From a virus, in the IMG/VR virus record IMGVR_UViG_3300045988_028413, positions 1 through 18,373 of that record: 18,373 bases of DNA; one strand, 5' to 3'. The translations under genes and the position numbers were made by a program. Positions 1 to 5,833 of this stretch are shown piece after piece. The notes beneath the pieces were generated by a model. The model was not told where the DNA came from. It saw only the letters and a program-made list of their open reading frames with translations, and did not search any database. Each line of letters starts with the position of its first letter. Position 1 is the first letter of the stretch.

Positions 1-157
1 GGACGACAGCGTTTGCCATGGAATGGGGGAAATGCTCTTCCAGACAGGCAGCAATGTTAGATGTTTGTCTAAATATCTAATTGCTTACCGACCGGTTGGC
101 AACTGTGTTTTAATATTTTGCATTCGTTTGTTTTCGGGCGTGTCGTGTTTTTGTTTG

Positions 158-166
158 TGTTATAGT
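158..166 (+). promoter_or_regulatory. Extended -10 promoter candidate (TGtTATAGT) inside the ITR, upstream of the ITR gene
   Basis: tgtTATAGTgtag lies ~34 nt upstream of the ATG at 200 and matches the TGnTATAAT class seen elsewhere in this genome. The same element exists mirrored in the right ITR. Confidence 0.35.
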
Positions 167-199
167 GTAGTTATCAACTTCAAGGGAAGGAAAAATAAA

Positions 200-400
200 A
201 TGATTAACAACACCGTTATTAAGGATTACGCCGAGGATTATATTCTGAACAGTGGTCAGCAACTCTCTGATTTTGATATTGATGTGATTGTTGAGAATCT
301 GCATCATGTGGCGGTGGTCAATAATATGACTATTGAGGGTTATGAGGATTGTGATTCGTTTCCGTCTGATGATTTTGTGGAAGCGTTTGAGGAAGCGTGA
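200..400 (+). CDS. ITR-encoded small highly acidic protein (66 aa), function unknown; DNA-mimic candidate
   Basis: ATG at 200 is preceded by the SD-like gggaaggaaaaataaaATG. The product MINNTVIKDYAEDY...DDFVEAFEEA has 16 D/E against 1 K and 0 R. The longer 23-400 ORF has a Cys/Phe-rich N-terminal extension from T-rich DNA and is probably non-coding. An identical copy sits in the right ITR. Confidence 0.6.
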   Translation: MINNTVIKDYAEDYILNSGQQLSDFDIDVIVENLHHVAVVNNMTIEGYEDCDSFPSDDFVEAFEEA

Positions 401-419
401 TTTGGAAGGGAGTCTTGAC

Positions 420-650
420 ATGTGGTATTTCATTGTTACTAATGATGGTTTTCAGGTTTTTGAGGTTTTGTCTGATTGTGTGAAGCCTAGTCGCATGTTT
501 TATGCAACGTCGTTAAAAGCGTCGTTGGATGGCGTATTGTCTCATATCCGTCATGCGTATGCTGGTATGGATGTGAATGTGGATATTGATAATGCTACGT
601 TTGACCTAGACAACACTATGGTTGGCGTGGTGAAGGTGGTGTTGGTATAA
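420..650 (+). CDS. Hypothetical early protein (76 aa)
   Basis: ATG at 420 follows ggaagggagtcttgacATG. The ORF ends at TAA 648-650, which overlaps the next start (TAATG). No recognisable motif. Confidence 0.45.
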   Translation: MWYFIVTNDGFQVFEVLSDCVKPSRMFYATSLKASLDGVLSHIRHAYAGMDVNVDIDNATFDLDNTMVGVVKVVLV

Positions 651-817
651 TGATGTGTATGAGTATTATTGTTATCCCGTTTGCTATATGGCTGATTGGA
701 TTATGTGCGGTAGCGTTTCGTGAAGCACCGCGAGACGTGGGTGACGCGCTCTGTTTTTTGGTCATGCTTGTGGTATGTGTGGCTATTGTATTGGTTTTTG
801 TAGTGAAAGGTTTTTGA
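650..817 (+). CDS. Small hydrophobic membrane protein (55 aa, two predicted TM helices)
   Basis: MMCMSIIVIPFAIWLIGLCAVAF...LCFLVMLVVCVAIVLVFVVKGF shows two hydrophobic stretches. The ATG overlaps the upstream stop (TAATG), with gaaggtgg as a possible SD. It is shorter than the ORF-track cutoff and was found by reading the frame. Confidence 0.4.
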   Translation: MMCMSIIVIPFAIWLIGLCAVAFREAPRDVGDALCFLVMLVVCVAIVLVFVVKGF

Positions 818-819
818 TT

Positions 820-1065
820 ATGCGTTGCTGTGATGTGAAGGTTGCTGTGTTTCCGTCTCAGCACTTGGGTGGTGATGTGGAGTTGTGGTATTGCTCTCAT
901 AGTCAATCGTATAGGTTGGAGTATGATGTGGCGTTTTACTCGCCGGACGGCTTATGTTCGGCTGTGGCATTGGCGTCGTATAGTGCCACTGATTATGATC
1001 AAGTGGTGGATGTGCTTGTTGACGCCATCGATATTGCCCGCACTCCTCTCTTGGATAGGGATTGA
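820..1065 (+). CDS. Hypothetical acidic early protein (81 aa) with four Cys
   Basis: The ATG at 820 overlaps the upstream stop (tgattATG). The frame of the 775-1065 ORF starts MRCCDV...; its product is acidic and protein-like. The competing 842-1270 frame is Trp-rich and junk-like across the overlap. Confidence 0.4.
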   Translation: MRCCDVKVAVFPSQHLGGDVELWYCSHSQSYRLEYDVAFYSPDGLCSAVALASYSATDYDQVVDVLVDAIDIARTPLLDRD

Positions 1066-1066
1066 C

Positions 1067-1270
1067 ATGTATTTTTTTGGCTGGCTGCATTCGTGGTTTC
1101 ACAGGGGCTGTGAGTATGCTGACTTGTATTGGCGGTTGAGAGCGTTTTGGGCGGGTGTGAAGCATAAGCGTGGTGCCGATAGTCCGCCAAAACGTTGTAC
1201 TAGTTCTTTCCTGTGGGAAACGATGTGGATGGCTGGCTATAATAGTGCCGATGATACTTTGGAGTTTTAG
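1067..1270 (+). CDS. Hypothetical small Trp-rich basic protein (68 aa)
   Basis: An internal ATG in the 842-1270 frame begins directly after the stop of the 820-1065 gene (gggattgacATG). Only open frame here; coding status uncertain. Confidence 0.3.
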   Translation: MYFFGWLHSWFHRGCEYADLYWRLRAFWAGVKHKRGADSPPKRCTSSFLWETMWMAGYNSADDTLEF

Positions 1271-1272
1271 CC

Positions 1273-1446
1273 ATGTATGAAACTTTTGTCGCACTGGCGT
1301 ATTTGAGACATGGTGATAAGCCGCCTATCGAAGTGGGGTACGCTAATTCGTATGATGATGCCGCTACTCTGATTCGTAAGTGGGCGGCAGTGCCTTCGCG
1401 TACGCGCAATATCGCCTATTTTAAGGTGGAGAGGCGCTATTATGTT
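1273..1446 (+). CDS. Hypothetical protein (57 aa)
   Basis: ATG at 1273 comes two nt after the upstream TAG. The stop TAA 1444-1446 overlaps the next ATG at 1442 (ATGTTTAA), suggesting translational coupling. Below the ORF-track cutoff. Confidence 0.35.
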
Positions 1447-1960
1447 TAACCGTGGCGATGATCGTACGCCGATTTATCGGATGCGCCGGTTTGATGACGG
1501 GATTATGGAATCATTCCGTATTGTCAAGGCTACGCGGGGGCATACTCGTGAATTGAATCTCAGACGCTATGACATGGGCTATGGTGATTTCGAGTCGTGT
1601 TGCCGTGCGGTCAGCATGTTGTGTGAATTGTGGCGTGAAGCGCCCAGCGAGTGGTTTACGCAAGCCGTGATAACGGTGTCTCAGATTTGCGGGAGCATGT
1701 GTATTGGTGATGGACTTGCCGCCGCCCTCTCTCGCACGTATGATGTGGAATATTTGGATGGCACGGTGAATCCGCCTAACCTCATTGCATGGTGTGCCGT
1801 GTGTGCAGTCAAGGGAGCGACATCGTATGACTGTTGTACGATTTTCGACAATCCTCAAGCGCAAAACCTGATTATCGCTGTCTATAAAAATTTTGACAGA
1901 CTGGACACGACACGGTATAATGATACCGAATTAGAAAAAATCTTACTGCAAGGGAGGTAA
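1442..1960 (+). CDS. Hypothetical Cys-rich early protein (172 aa)
   Basis: Good SD (aaggtggagagg, 8 nt upstream of ATG). Eleven Cys, including SCCRAV, ICGSMCIG and WCAVCAV...YDCC; a zinc-binding host-takeover protein is possible. No recognisable catalytic motif. Confidence 0.6.
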   Translation: MFNRGDDRTPIYRMRRFDDGIMESFRIVKATRGHTRELNLRRYDMGYGDFESCCRAVSMLCELWREAPSEWFTQAVITVSQICGSMCIGDGLAAALSRTYDVEYLDGTVNPPNLIAWCAVCAVKGATSYDCCTIFDNPQAQNLIIAVYKNFDRLDTTRYNDTELEKILLQGR

Positions 1961-1963
1961 AAA

Positions 1964-2278
1964 TTGGCTAGAACCAAAACCGACATTTTCAGAACCCGCG
2001 TCTATGCCGTCCTTAAAGGCATGGAGCTGGTTGACGGTGATTTTATGGAAGCCGAGCACGTCATTGACGGGCGCTTGAAGGATGTCCGCGCGTATTCGAT
2101 TCGTGCAAAGAAATTGTTTCCTAATTTCATTCCACGTTCTATCAATATTTTTTCTAAAAAGGTTTCCATGAATGAGGAGACTTTTTACAAGTACGCTACT
2201 TTTGAGGAACCTCAGGAATGGAACCCCGAAGAACATACAAAACGACGCGCCGAAATTGAAAATAATGACGGCATGTGA
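1964..2278 (+). CDS. Putative p6-like dsDNA-binding/replication-initiation protein (104 aa)
   Basis: TTG start six nt after the strong SD GGGAGG. It is 104 aa with an acidic C-terminus and sits directly upstream of the SSB-like gene, as gene 6 precedes gene 5 in the phi29 early operon. The N-terminus MARTKTDIF...VLKGMELVDGDF loosely resembles my recollection of phi29 p6 (MAKMM...VDGEV). Weak. Confidence 0.4.
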   Translation: MARTKTDIFRTRVYAVLKGMELVDGDFMEAEHVIDGRLKDVRAYSIRAKKLFPNFIPRSINIFSKKVSMNEETFYKYATFEEPQEWNPEEHTKRRAEIENNDGM

Positions 2279-2284
2279 TATAAA
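2276..2284 (+). promoter_or_regulatory. Extended -10-like element TGaTATAAA overlapping the stop codon (ggcATGTGAtataaaag)
   Basis: Same ATGTGATATA stop/promoter arrangement as at 14411-14421. It is 62 nt upstream of the SSB-like gene. Confidence 0.35.
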
Positions 2285-2345
2285 AGATTTTAGGCATAAG
2301 CCTGAAAACAAAAAACAACAATACCATAAGGGAAGGTAAAATATC

Positions 2346-2783
2346 ATGGAAAGCACTAACACCGCACTTGTCGCATTCAACACCGAGTCCACCGAACTTG
2401 GTACTGTCCAGCACTTTATCGACACTTCCACCCGTGAGGGTAAAATCAAGCTTTACAGCGCATTGCAGAACGCCGAAAAACTCGACGAACACCTCAACGA
2501 AACGCTCAACATGGTGAACGCCGTCGCACAGGCCGTACAAGTCACGGACGACCAGACCGGTGAAATCTCCAATACCGTGCGCGTCATCATCGTGACCGAC
2601 GACAACAAGGCATACGCGGCCACCTCCCCCACGTTGGCCGCAGGATTGAACACCATGTTCGGGATCTTCGGAACCCCGAACACTTGGGACGCACCATTGG
2701 CTATCAAGGTGGTGGAACGTCGTTCCCGTCGCGGCTTCAAATTTTTCAGCATCGAGCCGGTGGATGATCAGGAAACCAAGTGA
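2346..2783 (+). CDS. Putative single-stranded DNA-binding protein (phi29 p5-like), 145 aa
   Basis: SD aagggaaggtaaaatatcATG. The N-terminus MESTNTALVAFNTESTELGTVQHF resembles phi29 p5 (MENTNIVKATFDTETLEGQIKIF) as I recall it. The C-terminal LAIKVVERRSRRGFKFFSIEPV compares with FKVKVVQGTSSKGNVFFSLQ. Its position immediately before the terminal-protein and DNA-polymerase genes matches phi29 gene order 5-3-2. Confidence 0.65.
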   Translation: MESTNTALVAFNTESTELGTVQHFIDTSTREGKIKLYSALQNAEKLDEHLNETLNMVNAVAQAVQVTDDQTGEISNTVRVIIVTDDNKAYAATSPTLAAGLNTMFGIFGTPNTWDAPLAIKVVERRSRRGFKFFSIEPVDDQETK

Positions 2784-2786
2784 ACT

Positions 2787-2795
2787 TGCTATAAT
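2787..2795 (+). promoter_or_regulatory. Perfect extended -10 promoter TGcTATAAT upstream of the terminal-protein gene
   Basis: cttgcTATAATaac. An identical 9-mer recurs at 5297-5305. Confidence 0.5.
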
Positions 2796-2817
2796 AACTG
2801 AGTAGCGTTCGTTCATA

Positions 2818-2843
2818 GAGAGCACCCAACCTTGGGTGCTCTC
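2818..2843 (+). promoter_or_regulatory. Perfect 11-bp hairpin (gagagcaccca-acct-tgggtgctctc) in the 5' leader of the terminal-protein gene; no U-tract
   Basis: Read directly from the sequence. It lies downstream of the 2787 promoter and 23 nt upstream of ATG 2866. It is not a canonical intrinsic terminator; a leader structure or processing/stability element is more likely. Confidence 0.45.
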
Positions 2844-2865
2844 GCCATCTTAAGGACTGTGCTAT

Positions 2866-3825
2866 ATGTCTCGGAAGCAAAAGCATATCAAGGCACGTCA
2901 GGCCGCGCAAGCCCGTGCCGCACGCAATATTAAACAGCTCGGCGCTTACTCCCACTCGAACCTCGCTAAAACCGCAGACCAACAGTTAGTCAACATCGCA
3001 AAAACGCTGGGTAAGGAATGGGAGCGGCAGAAGAAACAGTCCATAGCGGAAGCGAAGGCAACCCCATATCATGCCACCGCCGTGGAAAAGCCGACGAAAA
3101 AAGACTACATGTTTGCCCAGCGCACACCCATCACGAACGCGCAAATTCAGGCGGAACCCGTGACGAAACGGCGCAAACTCCTGCGACAACAGCAACGGAA
3201 AATCAATGCGGCACGACGTAAGATCAATGAATGGAACAAAATGCAGGCCATGCCCCCGCGTAGCGTGTATGACCAGCGCGTGGCAGAACTTGAAGGCACC
3301 ACCGGTGAGGGTTTCGGGCGCACTCAAATCATCCCATCAAAACTCACCGACTTCCTGCAGATGACCAACGTGTTGAGTGATGAAGCATTCGTGCGAAGTC
3401 AATTGGAGAGCGGACACCGGAACGAACTACGTGAGCAGATGCACGATGTGGCCGAAATCTTGGGACTGCGTACCGAACAAAAACGCAAGCCGACTAAAAA
3501 ACGGAAGACAGAGACTCGACCCGACCTATACGACGATCATAATTGGCCGTCCTACATGAGTCGTGGACGCTATGAAGTTTTCGAGAAAATCTTGGCTACA
3601 ACGCTCGGCTCGAAACGTTTAAAGCGGTTCCGTCAACTGTCAGCCGCGCAAAAACGTGCGTTTATCGAACAGACAGACGCCCCCCGTATCGTGTTCGACT
3701 GGACAGTGTATGACCCCGTCCGACACGGTTTCACCTCAGTATTTCGAGATAACAGTGAGGGCTATCAGCGCTCACGGCGGCAATTCGATAGGTGGTTGGC
3801 GGAAGCTGGCGCACTGGAAAAGTAG
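2866..3825 (+). CDS. Putative terminal protein (TP) for protein-primed replication, 319 aa
   Basis: Immediately upstream of, and co-oriented with, the family-B DNA polymerase, as gene 3 is in phi29-like phages. Very basic N-terminus (MSRKQKHIKARQAAQARAARNIK) and K/R-rich patches (KRRKLLRQQQRK, KRKPTKKRKTETR) are typical of the TP DNA-binding domain. The linear genome with ITRs implies a TP. No sequence-level proof. Confidence 0.55.
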   Translation: MSRKQKHIKARQAAQARAARNIKQLGAYSHSNLAKTADQQLVNIAKTLGKEWERQKKQSIAEAKATPYHATAVEKPTKKDYMFAQRTPITNAQIQAEPVTKRRKLLRQQQRKINAARRKINEWNKMQAMPPRSVYDQRVAELEGTTGEGFGRTQIIPSKLTDFLQMTNVLSDEAFVRSQLESGHRNELREQMHDVAEILGLRTEQKRKPTKKRKTETRPDLYDDHNWPSYMSRGRYEVFEKILATTLGSKRLKRFRQLSAAQKRAFIEQTDAPRIVFDWTVYDPVRHGFTSVFRDNSEGYQRSRRQFDRWLAEAGALEK

Positions 3826-3852
3826 CGGTCAGTGATCAAGGGAAGTTATACT

Positions 3853-5304
3853 ATGACAGTGCAAGACAATAGGGTGGGATTATGGTGTGTGGATAACGTC
3901 ATACGATTTACGGATGGCACCGTGCTACGTGACATTATCGCCCCTAACCGGCTGTTGGCGTCCATTATGTCGGGTGGCAAACTCACAATATATGTGACTA
4001 ACCCAGACGTTTTAGACCCGTTTATTGCGCACGTCGTGCACTCCCTCCCCCACGATGAGCATAATGCTAACCTCAGCTGGGACGCCATTGTCTCCAAAAA
4101 AGGCAAGTTTTTCAGCTTCACGGTGCGTATAGATCGAGAAAATTCCGCACGATTTTTCGACATATCGAATCTTTTACGAGAGAATTGCCGTCTCACCATG
4201 ACCGACGCCCAGCTACTCAACATTTTGCGTGAGTATAATGACCGTGGCTTATGTAAGATTACGGCGGGCGGTGCGAGCATGGAAGCGTTCGCGTCCGGCG
4301 AGTGGAAATGGTATTACGACAAATTCCCCCAGCTGGAACCCGAAACTAAAAAGTCATTGCATGATGCCTATATCGGAGGATTCATGATCGCCAAAGAAGG
4401 CGTATATGGTAAGGCTATCGACGTTGATTGCAATAGCATGTATCCGAGCATTCTGAGGGACGAATGGCTCCCATGGGGCGAACCGGAACAATATGAAGGC
4501 AAATACGAAGAAGATAGCGACATGCCATTGCATTGTGATGAACTCACGTTCCGTGCGGAATTGAAACCAGACGGATACCCTTTCCTGCTCGACAATCGCA
4601 GTGTCTACGGACTCAACAGGCTCACTTCCACCCGTGGCTACATCACCCGCGTGCTCACTGATATCGACCAAGAACTGCTCTACGACAATTACGAGGTGAC
4701 TATATACAAGCATGTGCGAGGGTGGAAGTTCCGTCGCTCCAAGGGATTTTTTCGCTCGTTCGTCGATGAATGGGGGGAACTGAAACAGCGGGCGACGGGT
4801 GAGAAACGACAAATGGCCAAACTCATTATGAACGCCCTGGTTGGGAAAATGGCTAGTTTGCCCAAGGGTGCCGTCATGCTCCCTACCTCCAAAGATGGAA
4901 TTACCCTCGATTGGGATGTGGCGCAACGTGAGGAATCGAATTTGAAAACCGATTTTCTCCCCGTGCCCGTATGGGTGAATGCTTATGCACGTCGCAAACT
5001 TATGACCGCCTGCCATGCGAACGCAGATCGGCTACTGTATGCGAACACGGACGGGTGCATCCTATCCGGTTGGGATCCCGTGCGATCATGCGAGATACAT
5101 CCAACCGAACTTGGAAAGTGGAAGATTGCCGCACGATATGAAAAATTGACTATCCTCGGAATGAACCGCTATCAGGGTTGGCGGGATGATGGGGAGGTTG
5201 ACGTATGCATGGCCGGAAACATGTTTTCCCAGCCCATCCCCTACGAAAAGTTCAGGCATGGAACGCAAGTCATGGATGATTACGGGACAATGGTCATGCT
5301 ATAA
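3853..5304 (+). CDS. Protein-primed-type family B DNA polymerase (small, ~483 aa from ATG 3853; alternative GTG start at 3832)
   Basis: Motifs read in the translation: YIGGF (the YxGG/A motif); DVDCNSMYPS (motif A, Dx2SLYPS); KLIMNALVGKMAS (motif B, Kx3NSxYG); YANTDGC (motif C, YxDTDS); and a C-terminal LGKWKIAARYEK...NRY (KxY region). Strong SD aagggaag before ATG 3853. No D-x-E ExoI motif is visible in the first ~60 residues. Confidence 0.9.
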   Translation: MTVQDNRVGLWCVDNVIRFTDGTVLRDIIAPNRLLASIMSGGKLTIYVTNPDVLDPFIAHVVHSLPHDEHNANLSWDAIVSKKGKFFSFTVRIDRENSARFFDISNLLRENCRLTMTDAQLLNILREYNDRGLCKITAGGASMEAFASGEWKWYYDKFPQLEPETKKSLHDAYIGGFMIAKEGVYGKAIDVDCNSMYPSILRDEWLPWGEPEQYEGKYEEDSDMPLHCDELTFRAELKPDGYPFLLDNRSVYGLNRLTSTRGYITRVLTDIDQELLYDNYEVTIYKHVRGWKFRRSKGFFRSFVDEWGELKQRATGEKRQMAKLIMNALVGKMASLPKGAVMLPTSKDGITLDWDVAQREESNLKTDFLPVPVWVNAYARRKLMTACHANADRLLYANTDGCILSGWDPVRSCEIHPTELGKWKIAARYEKLTILGMNRYQGWRDDGEVDVCMAGNMFSQPIPYEKFRHGTQVMDDYGTMVML

Positions 5305-5305
5305 T
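5297..5305 (+). promoter_or_regulatory. Perfect extended -10 TGcTATAAT overlapping the DNA polymerase stop codon
   Basis: catgcTATAATgcc. Identical to the element at 2787-2795. It would fire a transcript across the 5306-5480 non-coding stretch. Confidence 0.4.
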
Positions 5306-5311
5306 GCCTAT

Positions 5312-5480
5312 TGTCTTCCTGAGCGTCGATTTTCGACTGGGATCAACATGAGTCGGACTGCCACGGCTGAGAATGCCGCCGACCGTGAACATCACTATCG
5401 TGGCGGTAGTGCCCTACGATTGTCAACTCGCGCTCACATAAGACGTTTCGACCCCGCGTGATTGCGGGGTCATTTATTTT
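5312..5480 (+). ncRNA. Candidate small non-coding RNA (promoter at 5297, intrinsic terminator at 5450-5480); possible packaging-RNA (pRNA)-like or regulatory RNA
   Basis: This is the longest non-coding stretch in an otherwise tightly packed genome. It is GC-rich with several short inverted repeats (gtcga-ttt-tcgac at 5325-5337; cacgg...ccgtg at 5362-5387; gccgccg...tggcggt). It is bracketed by a perfect extended -10 and a canonical terminator. The only ORF inside (37 aa from ATG 5348) lacks a convincing SD. Confidence 0.3.
5450..5480 (+). terminator. Rho-independent terminator (gaccccgc-gtgatt-gcggggtc + atttatttt)
   Basis: Perfect 8-bp GC-rich stem followed by a T-tract. It sits downstream of the DNA polymerase gene, and therefore of the early operon. 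Confidence 0.75.
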
Positions 5481-5489
5481 CTCGCCGCA

Positions 5490-5498
5490 TGATATAAT
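5490..5498 (+). promoter_or_regulatory. Perfect extended -10 promoter TGaTATAAT; probable late (structural) operon promoter
   Basis: gcaTGATATAATttt lies immediately after the terminator and 36 nt upstream of the scaffold-like gene, which has the strong SD ataaggagc. Confidence 0.55.
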
Positions 5499-5533
5499 TT
5501 TGATGGAAACATTACCGATCATAAGGAGCTTGC

Positions 5534-5812
5534 ATGGCAGACCCAAACAATGACGGCGAGGAAAACACCACCCCGCCGCCGACCGAAGAGGAACAGCAGA
5601 CCGAAACCGTAAATGATGAAATCAAGCCGAAAGAACCGGAACCGGAACCGTCCGAACCGGACGTGAGCGCGCGACTTGACTCGATCGAAAAAGAATTGGC
5701 CGCGCTCAAGGCCATGATGGACACGCTCGGCTACAATGACCCCGACCCCGACCCCGACGATGACGGCGACGGCGACAACGACGGCGAGTCAATCGAAGAT
5801 CTGTTCGACTAA
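5534..5812 (+). CDS. Putative scaffolding protein (92 aa, highly acidic, central helix)
   Basis: Directly upstream of the major capsid gene, as gp7 is in phi29. Composition is low-complexity: PEPEPSEP and DPDPDPDDDGDGDNDGE repeats flanking a helical segment SARLDSIEKELAALKAMMDTLG. Strong SD AAGGAG. Confidence 0.5.
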   Translation: MADPNNDGEENTTPPPTEEEQQTETVNDEIKPKEPEPEPSEPDVSARLDSIEKELAALKAMMDTLGYNDPDPDPDDDGDGDNDGESIEDLFD

Positions 5813-5833
5813 AACAGTTAGGAGATATATATA

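Larger units (their letters stand above)
1..401. repeat. Left inverted terminal repeat (ITR), ~401 bp, perfect reverse-complement of 17973-18373
   Basis: Bases 1-30 (ggacgacagcgtttgccatggaatggggga) are the reverse complement of the last 30 bases. The 125-aa ORF at 23-400 (+) is identical to the ORF at 17974-18351 (-). Identity breaks at about position 402 versus 17972. Contains T-tract periodicity (gtttgttttcggg...gtgtttttgtttgtgtt) and an imperfect palindrome ccgaccggttgg (~88-99), as expected of a replication origin. Confidence 0.9.

Noticed and set aside
23-400. Full-length 125-aa ORF in the ITR, and its mirror 17974-18351
   Set aside because: The N-terminal 59 codons come from T-rich low-complexity DNA (CFCLCYSV...) with no SD. 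A strong SD-ATG pair sits at 200, so the gene is called 200-400 (66 aa) and 1-199 is treated as origin/promoter DNA.
110-433. 107-aa minus-strand ORF inside the left ITR (and its + strand mirror 18067-18264)
   Set aside because: It is the antisense of the acidic ITR gene. The basic, junk-like composition (KRFHKIIRRKRITILITLNSH...) is typical of the reverse complement of an acidic ORF.
414-442. Sigma-70-like TTGACA-17 bp-ACTAAT pair at the ITR boundary
   Set aside because: The -10 lacks the critical -11 A and would start transcription inside the 420-650 ORF. It is probably fortuitous.
842-1270. 142-aa ORF (TTG start) overlapping the 820-1065 gene in another frame
   Set aside because: The overlapping portion is extremely Trp-rich and junk-like (MWSCGIALIVNRIGWSMMWRF...). 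Only its 3' part, from ATG 1067, is kept as a possible small gene.
818-1294. 158-aa minus-strand ORF opposite the early genes
   Set aside because: Pro/His/Thr-rich composition with no start context. It is antisense to protein-like + strand frames in a genome that is otherwise strictly unidirectional.
1943-2825. Minus-strand ORFs 1943-2449 (168 aa) and 2196-2825 (209 aa)
   Set aside because: They fully overlap the well-supported + strand p6-like and SSB-like genes. They lack SD sequences and are antisense artefacts.
5348-5461. 37-aa ORF (MSRTATAENAADREHHYRGGSALRLSTRAHIRRFDPA) in the polymerase-scaffold spacer
   Set aside because: Poor SD (gggatcaacATG). The region is better explained as a structured non-coding transcript between a promoter and a terminator. 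A small peptide cannot be excluded.
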